Source of the DNA: a virus
Taxonomy: Duplodnaviria > Caudoviricetes
Virus record (IMG/VR): IMGVR_UViG_3300042691_033915
Coordinates: 1,005-65,004 of that record
Reading direction: 5' to 3' (one strand)
Length of the DNA stretch: 64,000 nt
In this document: positions 35,974 through 46,147 of the stretch, one piece after another
Layout of the letters: each line of letters opens with the position of its first letter
Position numbering within the stretch: position 1 is the stretch's first letter
The notes under the pieces: generated by a model
Told to the model about the DNA's origin: nothing
The model's database searches: none
The model's input: the letters and a program-made list of their open reading frames with translations, nothing else
Translations under genes and position numbers: made by a program

Positions 35974-38900
35974 TGAATATAACAAAAGACCTGAAAGTAG
36001 AAATACAGCCCAGGTTTGAAGGTGCTACCGACCCGTTGGCGTTTTACGACGTCACGGGTCGAGTAGACGCCGACGCTTTTGAGTTTACATCAAGTGCCGA
36101 CGGATCAACCGCCAATGCGGACATTGGCATCTATACGCTATTCCCCTTTTCAGGCAAGCGCTGGAATGAGTACGCAGCAACAGAAGCAGAGTCTATTGCC
36201 GAGGCGTTGCTTGACCCTACGTTTAGGTTTGAAATTCCTCTTCGCAGCGAGATAAAGATATCGCAGTCGTATGGCGATCTGGCAAAGTATTATGCGGTTA
36301 CGCACTACAGTCAAAGCGGCACTACGGTAACGCTTACACTCAACCAGTCCCACACGCTTATTGTTGGCAACTCGCTGGTAGTCACCTTGGCCGGAGATGC
36401 CTCTCGCTCCCCTAACCCCCTGACTCTTGGTGGGCAGCGGACCATTACCGCTGTTACCAGCACGACTATTAGCTACGCAGAAACCACGTCCAGAACTATC
36501 TCTCAGACCGCCGTTGCTTCTGGGACAAACTCCGCCGTGCTGTACGCGCAAGTAACCGAACTGCTCTTTGGCGGAATCATGATGTCCGTTGAGGAGAAGC
36601 GCGCTGGCGGAGTAATTTTGCAGCAAGTCACGTGTGCGGACTACACCGCCCTGCTCGACGAGCGAGTCATTGACCGATACCGCGTACCGCAGGACACCTA
36701 CGGCTGGGAGATGATTGTTGGCGGAGAGCTGTATGAGGCAGGAAAGATAGGCGTTAATAGAATTTCTACCAGCACACCAGATGTTCCTCTGTACACGTTT
36801 ACCCAGGTCTCATATAACTCGGACAACGGAGTGCAAAAAGCCGCAACGACAACCACCCACGGCATCCGTCGTAACGAAAGATTTAAGTACAGCACCAGCG
36901 GCTATGAGTATCAAGTTGTTGGGCTTTGGGAAGATACAAACTCTTCTGGTATTTACTACCAAGTGTGCGATTCCTTAAATGCTGGGGCTATGATCGCGGA
37001 CGGCCAGCAGTTTAAGCTGTGGAACCATGAGGTAGTGGTTGACAGCGCGGAAGACCACCAGCTGCAAGTTGGGCAGGCGTTTAAGGTAAACAACGAATCG
37101 CACACAGATCCAAGCCTATGGAACGGCATTGCCAAACTTGCTAACACAAAATACATTGTTGACATTATTGAAAACTCTCGCAAGTTTTTCTTTTCCCACC
37201 GCGTAGCAACCCCCTCCGCAACCGCCTCTAGCCCGTTTACAAACGCAAGTATTCTCTCCCCATTCCTTGCCTCTGGATATGATCCCGTTCGCAAGAAAGA
37301 GAGCACAGATAAAGCTACATTTACAACCGCCACTCCGCATGGTCTTTCTGGCTCGGACACCGTATTAATATCTCCTGAAACCTACGATCAGCTTGCGCCT
37401 TGGACGGGAGGGTTTTCTGCCGTATCAACCGCCGATGGAACCTGGTACACGGGAACAGTTTCAGACGTTGCGGACGCAAACAATTTTCAGATGCTGTATG
37501 CAAGTTCTGGCGGCGAATCGGAAGCACGATTGCAATTTTATCAAGAGGAGTATCCGCTTGAAATTCAGGCGATTACTACTTCTATCTTTGAATCTATTCG
37601 ATCAACAGACCCGTACAATGAAAACTACGATGGGCTTGGAATTAACTACCTTGACAAAATTGATCATGTAGAAAACGTTCGCTACAACCCCATCCTTCGG
37701 CAATGGATGCCTGGATACCCAACAAAAGCCTACGAGGACAGCGACGCTATTGATCGAATTACAACAGTTGCAGATTTTGTTGCAGAGCTTTCGCCGACCT
37801 TAAACCCCTATGCCTACGACCCTATTGTTTCAACAAACACTAGCAACGTTAAGCACATGCCAAAAGTAGTCATTAACCAAGGCTCCCCAAAGCAGCACCT
37901 CTTGCAGAAGTCGCTTGTTTTGCCTGTTTACATTGAGGCAGGAGAGCTTATTATTACCGCGTTCAATGACTGCGCTGAAGGAGATAAATTCTATTTGAAG
38001 AAAATAGAAGGCATTACCAGCGGTGCAAGCCCGGCGTTTAAAACATTCACCGCCAACGAGAATACAAGCGCAACTGAAATACGAGCAACTATTGAGCCAG
38101 AGGACGCAACGTTTGACATGGCGTCTGGCGGAACAGCAGAAGTTGTCTTTCTTCCTGTTCACAACGAGCAAACTGGAAGACTAAAACTTTATACCAGCAG
38201 ACATCACGCCATAAGGGTTGGAGACACAATTAAAATAAATAATTACGATATTACAGAAAGCCAGCAGTACGAGGGTGGGCTTGACAACGAGTTTGTTGTT
38301 GAAGAAGTTTCGTCAAAGCTTGAAGACGCCACCAAGTCATTTAGCAGCATTAGCATTGCCGTTGGTTCAGAAGACCCTGGAATGCAAATATTCCCCAATC
38401 AGGAAACTCCGAGCAGCGCAACAACTTTCGAGGAAAGCGAGAAGTTCCTTGGCACTAGGTCAAACCGATACCGAATTATCCACGCCCGCAAGCAGAGCGG
38501 CGTTGCAGAGCTTACTGTTGTCATTGCGGAAGTCATCGTTGCATACGAAATTGTTGACGATAAGCAAATCAAGATAACGCTTAACGTAGAAGCCGACTCG
38601 TTTTCAGAAAATCAGGTTGTCCGAATACTTGGCTTAATACCCCCGCTTTCTGCTCTCTATTCCGTCGTTGCCGTAAGCGGAAAGACCATTACCCTAGCAT
38701 CGTATTCAAACGCTACTATTTTTAGGTCGGCAAGCGCTGCGCTATCCGGGACCCCAACGTGGAATAGCTCTACAAAGAGGCTGACTATTACCTCCGGAAC
38801 GCATCCTTTTTCAGTTGGGGAGTATGTAAACATTTACCAAAGCAGCGGCGGCACCAGCCCCGTTATTTACAGAGAAAAGATTGTTGATAAAACAAACAAC

Positions 38901-41900
38901 ACATTTACAATCCACAGGCCGTATAACCCAGGCCTTGGATCTCTCACTGGATACCGAGCGGCCTCTGGCTACCTCTGCGCATTTACCGCACAATCCTATA
39001 GCCCTGGAACCCTAAAAACAACGTTCACCGCCGCCGCCCACCCGTTTGCACTGGGAGATAAGGTTTCCATTCCCGGAAATGTTTATTGCACAAACGCTGA
39101 GGTAACTCTTGTTACTACGGATACCGTCGTTGTGGCTACGGGTGCAAACGTTGGGGTTGCAAGCGGAACTCTGGTGCTTGGGGAAGTCCCAGCTCGCACA
39201 ACAGCATCTGGCCTAATAAGAAATTTTGACGCAAATTTTAAACGCGACGTTTTGCAAATTGCAACAACTGATAGCCACGGGTTTGTTAGAAACCCAGCCT
39301 CTTTGATCGACATTGTCCCGCTTGACGTCATTGGGGAATTAGAATCAGAAGGCGGCATTGCCACTATCTTGCAAGTTCTTAACGCTCGGGAATTTGTTGT
39401 TGGGGCGGACTCGACGGGAACATTGACATCTGCCGGAACCCCGTTCGACATGATCATTGATAAAAATGTTGGCAATTTTGGCGCTGAAACCTCTTCCGCC
39501 CTGGGCATTGTTATGTCCAGAGTTGGCGAAGGCATGGTTGAGCATGAGGCTATTACCGTTAGTGGCGTTGGTGGTTCAATTTTTGACACAAGTTCCCCAA
39601 GAAGAATTGGCGGGATTAAGCACCGTGGGGTGACCTATGGACAAAACGCTATGTCGCTCTGGTGGGAAGCAAACGGCATAGTGACGTTGTATTTTGCGGA
39701 AGAATTAGGCACGGAGCTTGAAAGCGCGTTTATGCAAGGCCGATCTGTATACCTGGACATTAGCTCTGCCGAGTTTGGATATGAAAACAAGTTTGCCGGT
39801 ATCCGCACATTGATAAATTCTGGTGCGGTAAAAGAGCATGATGAACACGATGATTTGCGCGGCAGGGCAGTTGGCGATCAATACATCCAATGGAAGCAAG
39901 ACGCCCCTGCAGCATCAGAGGTTGGGGCATACGCTGTTCGCCCAGGGTCTGTTGTTAGCGCCGACGTTATTGAGTACGTAGACACGCAAAAAAAGGACTC
40001 GCAAGATTATGTGGTGGCTGAGCCAGCGTCGGAAAACAAGGGCATTGCAAATCTTAGCAATGTGCCAATTAGTCATTGGAGCTACCTCAATGGCGTGTTT
40101 AGATTTACCACAACAAAAAAGCATAAAAGGAAAGCCGGAGACACGGTGTATTTCTCTTCAATCGGGTCTATGGTTCTAAATGGGCAATGGAACTTTAACA
40201 ACATTTCCCCAACAACCGCAAAAAAGAAGATCACCATTGTTGGCACTGCCGGAAATGTATTTGGCGTTTCTGTAGGAGACGGGTCGTACAAGATTAAGTC
40301 TATCCGCTGTACTAACCCAACAACGGACAGAGACGCTTTTGAGGTTGAGCTATCAGAAGATTGCGCGGAGCTTGATTTTCCAACCCTTGGGTTTACCCTT
40401 AAGGGAACATTGGGGAGCCTGCAAAACATTAATAATCTTTCAGGAGCCTCCAGGGTTAGCGCAAGAAAGTTTTTGTTTGAAACACAGTTTCCTGTTTCGG
40501 GAATACTTGCTGCTGGAAAAGTATTTGTAAACGCCGGTGCAACAATAACGTTTAAAGAAAAAATTAAAACAGCCTTTGCTACAAATTTAAAAGCGTTTTT
40601 CAGGGGAATAAGACCAAGCTCAACATCTACCTCTGATTGGTCTAAGGTAAATATTGATTCTCCATTTACGCAAACAGCAACAGATGGGACTTCAGAAAAA
40701 AATTACGTTAACGATTTAAAAATACCGAAAGGCAACAGTGGCGCTTTTGCGGAAATGTATTACTACGAGTACCTTGCTAAGGCAAGAAACGGGTCTTATA
40801 CAGCAAGTCTTGGGCATTACTACGTTACAACCGATGAGCCGCACAACCTTGGTGATCGGCAGCCCGAAGTTGTGTTTACTCCCAATGGCGGAAGCCCAAT
40901 TAACGTTAGCGCAATCGCCGATGAAGAATTGCAAATGGTTGTTACGGGCAACAATACGTTTGAGTTTATAAGTGGAAGCGCAACTGTTTCTCCTGCGGCG
41001 GATTGCACGGTGCAAACTAGGGCGGCATACGTTCCCGGTGCGACACGGCCAACCATGCCTAGGAACCCAGATGTTTTTGTTGGCGGGAGAAAAGGGCTGA
41101 ATTTTGTAAAAAGTAAGTGGAGTCTTTTGAGAACAGATACAGCGTATCCATCATTTAAAGACAATTCTGTTGAGGGGTTCTTTAGCCCAAGCCTGGACTA
41201 CCATCAGTGGTGGACATTTGTCATAAGGCCAAATACCACCACGTCTGACATGAAGATACTTCAACGCGGAGATCGATCTACGTACATGGCATTTGGCATA
41301 AATTCATCTAATCATCCATTTGTCGAGCTGTGCGTAGGGAACACTGCTACATTTACAAAATACTCAATTGACGACATTACCATCGAGGACGAAGAAGAAT
41401 GCGTTTTGCAATTTGTGGTTGACGTCGATTCTGTGTACAGAACAGCATCAATAACAGCTTACAAAAATTTTGACGAGAGCGGCACGGCGGTAAGTGGAGC
41501 GCTGTATCAAACCGACGGGTTAGAAATTGATCACGACAGCCTAGACACCCTTGGGTATGGCCCAGGGACAGTTGTGGTCGGCGCGGGGATCGAATCTGCC
41601 AACACATACGAAGAGCCGTTTGATGGGTACATTGCAGAAATTATTGGTTTTGATCGACTGCCAGCAACGAGCCCAAAGCCAGAGTCCGAGCTGTTGCGCG
41701 CTTGGCTGTTACACAAGTACGGTCTTTCTTCGTTGATTGACCCGGACTACGAGCCAGATTACAGGGACATTAATAATGTTCCAAATCAACGTTTGTCTGA
41801 AGCATCGCAAGTGAAGGACACACAATTTGGCGGCAGGACACTGCGCCAAGTTCTTGACTTTATTTCAAAAAACAGCGGGGCTCAGTTCTGGGTTAACAAG

Positions 41901-43919
41901 AATAAAGAATTAGAATACCGAAAAATTAGCACGACAAACTTGGTGAAAAATCCAATGTTTGAGAATGATCGTGGAACCGGCAGCGTTAAAAGGTGGAACG
42001 GCACTGTCGAGGGTCATACCCTGGCAAAAAATGGCGCCCTTGAATTTGATAGAACCGCAGGCCCGTGGGGATATGGATACGCAATGGAGGCGTCTGGCAC
42101 TGCTGCAACGTCAGTCTATTCAGACTTTATTAATATTGGCCCATCAGAAGAAACCCTTGCGGCGGGAGACAAGTTCTTTATTTCTGCATATGTAAAATCT
42201 TCTGACGTTGCGCGCATGGCAGTGCGCGTGCATTTTTACTCTTCGGCTACAAACACAGTTGGCGCTGGATATTCTACCAGCTACGAAGACTTATATGACG
42301 GATGGTGCAATAACAACGAATGGCGAAGGGTATGGAAGATTGTTCAAATTCCAGCTGGAAGCGCTAAGTTTACCGTAGGTCTTCTTGCCCTTGCTGGGGC
42401 CACGTCTGCAACGCACTACTGGACAGACATTCGCGCTGTTAAGCTGACTGGAGAGTTTGGTTTTGCCGACGAAGGGAACTACAGCCCCAACGTATTGCTG
42501 CTCAACAACGGTGGCACCAGTGCAGATTTGCCAATAGCGACTTATCCGTTTGAGTCTCCTGACAATATTCGCAGCGCAGGTGCCTCGGCAAACAGGCTGT
42601 ACCTGTACACTACTATCCCAGACTCTGACGAAAACGGGATAACAACTACTGCTGTTTCCTCTAATCAGGAGCTAATGGAATATACATTTGATCACGTTCA
42701 AGGCGTGTGGAACTCTCACGGAAAAATTGTAGAAGGAAGCAAGGCAGAGGAGTCCGCCCGAACGCTCAAAGAAGTTTCCGGAAAAGCAGGTGCGTTCTTT
42801 AGCGAAAGCGGCCAGGCCGCAGCAAGCTATCAATTTGAGCATCCAAACAACGGCTTGCCTGGTCTTCTCACCCCCGGCTCTGTGGTTCCATACTTCTGGT
42901 CAGAGGTTGACATTTGGGAGCCAATGATTGTAAAGAGTCAAAGCACCAAACTAATTGGCCCAGAGATGTATCACACGGTTACGCTGCAGCAAGAGCCAGA
43001 CTACCAAAAGAACGCGCTGGTGCTAATTGGAAGGCGAATTATATCGGTAGACCTTGCATCCGCCGCGCCTGCTTCCGAAAGGCCACCAGCACCACAAAGA
43101 TTTAATGTTGAAGCAAAAGACCCTGACGGTTTTGCCAGCACTGTTGACACGCTGTTTGACCTTACTTGGTCGTACCCATTTGGCGATGCAACAACTAAGG
43201 GGGTGGAGGTTGGCGGTTTCCAGGTCCAGGTTCGCAAGCGAAAGCGCGCCCAGGTAACATTAAGCAAAAAGCAAATAGGCACTACAGAAAAAAAGGGGAA
43301 AACGGTGGCTTGGTCCGCCTCAAACGGAGAGCCACAAACTCTTGTTTCAATGTACGGTAAATTCTCAGGAATTGGGGTTGGGAATCCCGTAACAATTACA
43401 GGGGTTCCGGAAAATAGCGCAAAAAATAAGATTACGCCTAGCGGCATGAGTTTTAATGGTACATTTAGAGTTCACAGTTTGATATATGGTGACGAGAATG
43501 AAACAATTGTGGTAGGATTTAAGTATTACGTTATGACTCCGCCAGAAACAAACGAGGCAACTGAAGAGACGTTTGTAAGCACTCCTGCGGGGTATTATCT
43601 CAATAAAACACTCGATGCAAAATTTACCGTTTCGTACAAAAAGGAACAAAAGGGAAGCTTTGGGCCATGGCTAACAAATACCAGCGAGACGTTGTCGGTC
43701 AGCGGCGCGGCCACTCGGGCGTCGTGGGACCCGTCTAAGCTTGCCGTGGACCCGTCTAGCGGCACTGGGGATCAAAACCCTGATCAGGACTATCAATTCC
43801 GCATTCGCGCTATTTCAAGAACCGGAGCGGGACAGACAAAAGTAGATACTTACTCGGAGTGGGTACAATACCCAATGGCCGATGATGCCATCTCCGTTGG
43901 TGGCAAGGGAGTACTGTAA
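35973..43919 (+). CDS. very large tail tip/hub protein with repeated beta-domains
   Basis: TGATG-coupled to the TMP. VTCADYTALLD and FWVNKNKELEY hub-like motifs, about 10 T-x-x-x-H-x-x-x-x-G-[DEN] type repeats, LamG-like FDGYIAEII, CBM-like NLVKNPMFE, FN3-like YQFRIRAI. Confidence 0.7.
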   Translation: MNITKDLKVEIQPRFEGATDPLAFYDVTGRVDADAFEFTSSADGSTANADIGIYTLFPFSGKRWNEYAATEAESIAEALLDPTFRFEIPLRSEIKISQSYGDLAKYYAVTHYSQSGTTVTLTLNQSHTLIVGNSLVVTLAGDASRSPNPLTLGGQRTITAVTSTTISYAETTSRTISQTAVASGTNSAVLYAQVTELLFGGIMMSVEEKRAGGVILQQVTCADYTALLDERVIDRYRVPQDTYGWEMIVGGELYEAGKIGVNRISTSTPDVPLYTFTQVSYNSDNGVQKAATTTTHGIRRNERFKYSTSGYEYQVVGLWEDTNSSGIYYQVCDSLNAGAMIADGQQFKLWNHEVVVDSAEDHQLQVGQAFKVNNESHTDPSLWNGIAKLANTKYIVDIIENSRKFFFSHRVATPSATASSPFTNASILSPFLASGYDPVRKKESTDKATFTTATPHGLSGSDTVLISPETYDQLAPWTGGFSAVSTADGTWYTGTVSDVADANNFQMLYASSGGESEARLQFYQEEYPLEIQAITTSIFESIRSTDPYNENYDGLGINYLDKIDHVENVRYNPILRQWMPGYPTKAYEDSDAIDRITTVADFVAELSPTLNPYAYDPIVSTNTSNVKHMPKVVINQGSPKQHLLQKSLVLPVYIEAGELIITAFNDCAEGDKFYLKKIEGITSGASPAFKTFTANENTSATEIRATIEPEDATFDMASGGTAEVVFLPVHNEQTGRLKLYTSRHHAIRVGDTIKINNYDITESQQYEGGLDNEFVVEEVSSKLEDATKSFSSISIAVGSEDPGMQIFPNQETPSSATTFEESEKFLGTRSNRYRIIHARKQSGVAELTVVIAEVIVAYEIVDDKQIKITLNVEADSFSENQVVRILGLIPPLSALYSVVAVSGKTITLASYSNATIFRSASAALSGTPTWNSSTKRLTITSGTHPFSVGEYVNIYQSSGGTSPVIYREKIVDKTNNTFTIHRPYNPGLGSLTGYRAASGYLCAFTAQSYSPGTLKTTFTAAAHPFALGDKVSIPGNVYCTNAEVTLVTTDTVVVATGANVGVASGTLVLGEVPARTTASGLIRNFDANFKRDVLQIATTDSHGFVRNPASLIDIVPLDVIGELESEGGIATILQVLNAREFVVGADSTGTLTSAGTPFDMIIDKNVGNFGAETSSALGIVMSRVGEGMVEHEAITVSGVGGSIFDTSSPRRIGGIKHRGVTYGQNAMSLWWEANGIVTLYFAEELGTELESAFMQGRSVYLDISSAEFGYENKFAGIRTLINSGAVKEHDEHDDLRGRAVGDQYIQWKQDAPAASEVGAYAVRPGSVVSADVIEYVDTQKKDSQDYVVAEPASENKGIANLSNVPISHWSYLNGVFRFTTTKKHKRKAGDTVYFSSIGSMVLNGQWNFNNISPTTAKKKITIVGTAGNVFGVSVGDGSYKIKSIRCTNPTTDRDAFEVELSEDCAELDFPTLGFTLKGTLGSLQNINNLSGASRVSARKFLFETQFPVSGILAAGKVFVNAGATITFKEKIKTAFATNLKAFFRGIRPSSTSTSDWSKVNIDSPFTQTATDGTSEKNYVNDLKIPKGNSGAFAEMYYYEYLAKARNGSYTASLGHYYVTTDEPHNLGDRQPEVVFTPNGGSPINVSAIADEELQMVVTGNNTFEFISGSATVSPAADCTVQTRAAYVPGATRPTMPRNPDVFVGGRKGLNFVKSKWSLLRTDTAYPSFKDNSVEGFFSPSLDYHQWWTFVIRPNTTTSDMKILQRGDRSTYMAFGINSSNHPFVELCVGNTATFTKYSIDDITIEDEEECVLQFVVDVDSVYRTASITAYKNFDESGTAVSGALYQTDGLEIDHDSLDTLGYGPGTVVVGAGIESANTYEEPFDGYIAEIIGFDRLPATSPKPESELLRAWLLHKYGLSSLIDPDYEPDYRDINNVPNQRLSEASQVKDTQFGGRTLRQVLDFISKNSGAQFWVNKNKELEYRKISTTNLVKNPMFENDRGTGSVKRWNGTVEGHTLAKNGALEFDRTAGPWGYGYAMEASGTAATSVYSDFINIGPSEETLAAGDKFFISAYVKSSDVARMAVRVHFYSSATNTVGAGYSTSYEDLYDGWCNNNEWRRVWKIVQIPAGSAKFTVGLLALAGATSATHYWTDIRAVKLTGEFGFADEGNYSPNVLLLNNGGTSADLPIATYPFESPDNIRSAGASANRLYLYTTIPDSDENGITTTAVSSNQELMEYTFDHVQGVWNSHGKIVEGSKAEESARTLKEVSGKAGAFFSESGQAAASYQFEHPNNGLPGLLTPGSVVPYFWSEVDIWEPMIVKSQSTKLIGPEMYHTVTLQQEPDYQKNALVLIGRRIISVDLASAAPASERPPAPQRFNVEAKDPDGFASTVDTLFDLTWSYPFGDATTKGVEVGGFQVQVRKRKRAQVTLSKKQIGTTEKKGKTVAWSASNGEPQTLVSMYGKFSGIGVGNPVTITGVPENSAKNKITPSGMSFNGTFRVHSLIYGDENETIVVGFKYYVMTPPETNEATEETFVSTPAGYYLNKTLDAKFTVSYKKEQKGSFGPWLTNTSETLSVSGAATRASWDPSKLAVDPSSGTGDQNPDQDYQFRIRAISRTGAGQTKVDTYSEWVQYPMADDAISVGGKGVL

Positions 43920-43920
43920 T

Positions 43921-46146
43921 ATGGCAATAAACAGAAGATCTGGAAACAAGAAAAGAACCAGGTTTCGCAGCGATGCCGTTGCGGCTGCGGGGCAATCAGT
44001 TTCAGGTTTTTCAATTGACGGCCCAAACATAAGTATTGTCAACCCTTCCACAACGCAGGACTCTTCGGGGAATATTGTCCCCCCAGGCTCTTCCATTATG
44101 TCCGTAGGGCCAAACAGCGCAACGATTAATGCTTCATACATTAAAACAGGCGTCCTTGATGCCAACCTTATGCGCACCGGGCAAATACAAACTATTGCCT
44201 CCTGGAACAGCCGATCTTACGGATCTGACTTTGATGCCATTGAGGCGCAGCAGGGCTTTACTGGCGGCTACGTCTACCTGCAGAACTGGTCAACGGTCTC
44301 AGAGAACACGGTCTACGCGGAGTTTGCCCCGTGGGCGACCTATGAGTCCGGCACCACTACTGCTACGGTTGGGGCAAGCGCAATGTTTGAAGTTGGCGAT
44401 TACGTCCGCGTTACCGGCGCCTATTTTGGCGATCCAGACAACCTTACCCGATCTATTGGGCAAAACGCTAACGTTGGAATTATTGACCAGAATGATGGCC
44501 CGCTTGGCTATGGAGAAATTGTTGCGGTCGATACCGTAGGAACTGGCGTTACCTACACGGTTGGCGATACCAGAAAAAGCCTTTTGGAATCTGGTTTGGT
44601 TGCACAAACGCAACAGTACATACCAACAATGTCCAGAGCAAACCAGGTTCTCTCTATTGATGCGCAAAGAATCTCTGGGCCCAACCCGGCAGGGATCTAT
44701 TCTGTATTTGTCACAACGGTAAAAGAGCACGACCTTGTTGTTGGCGATTACGCTGAGCTGGCTTCGTGTGGCCCTGTCTACTCGGGCGTCTGGTACATCG
44801 TTAGCGTTCCGTCAACTAGGCAGTTTGTCTTCCGCCACCGCTTTAACCTTGATTTCGGTGCGCAAATTTCTTCCGATTCCCTGCCGTCTATTGACGCCCC
44901 TGTGGCTATCCGCGTGCGCAAGGCCTACTCCGTTACCTCTAACGGCGACCTAACCTCAGCCTCATTGAACATCCGCACCGCTAAGACCCAGGACGGCGGA
45001 GAGCCGGTCTTCCAGGTGCTTAACGACAGCATTGTTATCCGCAAGCCTGACGGCAGCATCCTGCTTGGAGTAACCGCTGGCGGATCGTTCATTGACATCG
45101 GCACCGTCACCGCAGACGAAATTACCGTGGGCGGAGACATTGACGCAAACCAGGTCGTGCGCGTCGGCACCAACGCCAGCCCTGCGTTCCAGGGAATCTG
45201 GGCGGGGAACGCCAACCCTACGTCGGCAGAGTTCTCGGTTGACCTTGACGGCAACCTTGTGGCCAGCAACGCCACTATTAGCGGCACAATCCGCGCTACT
45301 ACCGGTCAGATTGGCGGCTTTACGATTGGCGCAACTGCCCTGACTGCCACCAACATTGTTGCAGACAGCTCAGGCTATGTCAGCGTTGGCTCAGGCGACG
45401 ACGTTGCGGTCATGAGCGGGGCAGACGCCGCATACAGGTTCTGGGCAGGTAAGGCAGATGCCGCCACTGCCAACTTCGTCGTTGACAAGGCGGGAAACAT
45501 TACCGCACGTGCCTTTAACCTTACCGGAATCGGCAGCATCAGTGCTATTAATGCCATCACCGTTTCAGACGTGCTAGGCACTGGAGTCGTTACTAACGCA
45601 AAGATTAAAGATCTGACCGCTGATAAAATTACCTCTGGAACAATTGACGCAAACGTTATTGACGTAGCAAACCTCAACGCAGGTCAGATCAGGGCCGGAG
45701 ACATTCAGTTCCTTTCAGACACCGGCACGCGCTCCGCAGGCGCCTCGACAATCATATTCTTTGGCCCAGGTGAAGGAAACACGTCACGAGGCGCAGTTTG
45801 GGACGTAGACAAGCTTGTGCTTAACGACCTGGACACTTATGAATATGGGCCGGATCGATCTAGCAACCGTATAGAAATTGAAAACGGTGCAATCAACGTA
45901 TTTTCTGATAACGTTCCTTCTGTTGCACTTGACGGGAATGGTATTAACGCTTCGGTGATTTCCAGGGGCGCAATGCCAGGCGGATCAAATATGATTCCAA
46001 ACTCTTCGTTCGAGCTATCTGGATTTGTTACGCCAACAGCTTCGGTGAAGACTACAACTGCAGAGCTGGGGACATGGCTAAGCGGCTCTGCTATTAACAT
46101 TACAGCGGTTAGCAATGCGCTAACGCTAACAACATACGGGTACTAA
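43921..46146 (+). CDS. tail tip/fibre protein
   Basis: Beta-helix-like repeats INASYIKTGVL, TADKITSGTIDA, GQIGGFTI; C-terminal NMIPNSSFE. Confidence 0.7.
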   Translation: MAINRRSGNKKRTRFRSDAVAAAGQSVSGFSIDGPNISIVNPSTTQDSSGNIVPPGSSIMSVGPNSATINASYIKTGVLDANLMRTGQIQTIASWNSRSYGSDFDAIEAQQGFTGGYVYLQNWSTVSENTVYAEFAPWATYESGTTTATVGASAMFEVGDYVRVTGAYFGDPDNLTRSIGQNANVGIIDQNDGPLGYGEIVAVDTVGTGVTYTVGDTRKSLLESGLVAQTQQYIPTMSRANQVLSIDAQRISGPNPAGIYSVFVTTVKEHDLVVGDYAELASCGPVYSGVWYIVSVPSTRQFVFRHRFNLDFGAQISSDSLPSIDAPVAIRVRKAYSVTSNGDLTSASLNIRTAKTQDGGEPVFQVLNDSIVIRKPDGSILLGVTAGGSFIDIGTVTADEITVGGDIDANQVVRVGTNASPAFQGIWAGNANPTSAEFSVDLDGNLVASNATISGTIRATTGQIGGFTIGATALTATNIVADSSGYVSVGSGDDVAVMSGADAAYRFWAGKADAATANFVVDKAGNITARAFNLTGIGSISAINAITVSDVLGTGVVTNAKIKDLTADKITSGTIDANVIDVANLNAGQIRAGDIQFLSDTGTRSAGASTIIFFGPGEGNTSRGAVWDVDKLVLNDLDTYEYGPDRSSNRIEIENGAINVFSDNVPSVALDGNGINASVISRGAMPGGSNMIPNSSFELSGFVTPTASVKTTTAELGTWLSGSAINITAVSNALTLTTYGY

Positions 46147-46147
46147 A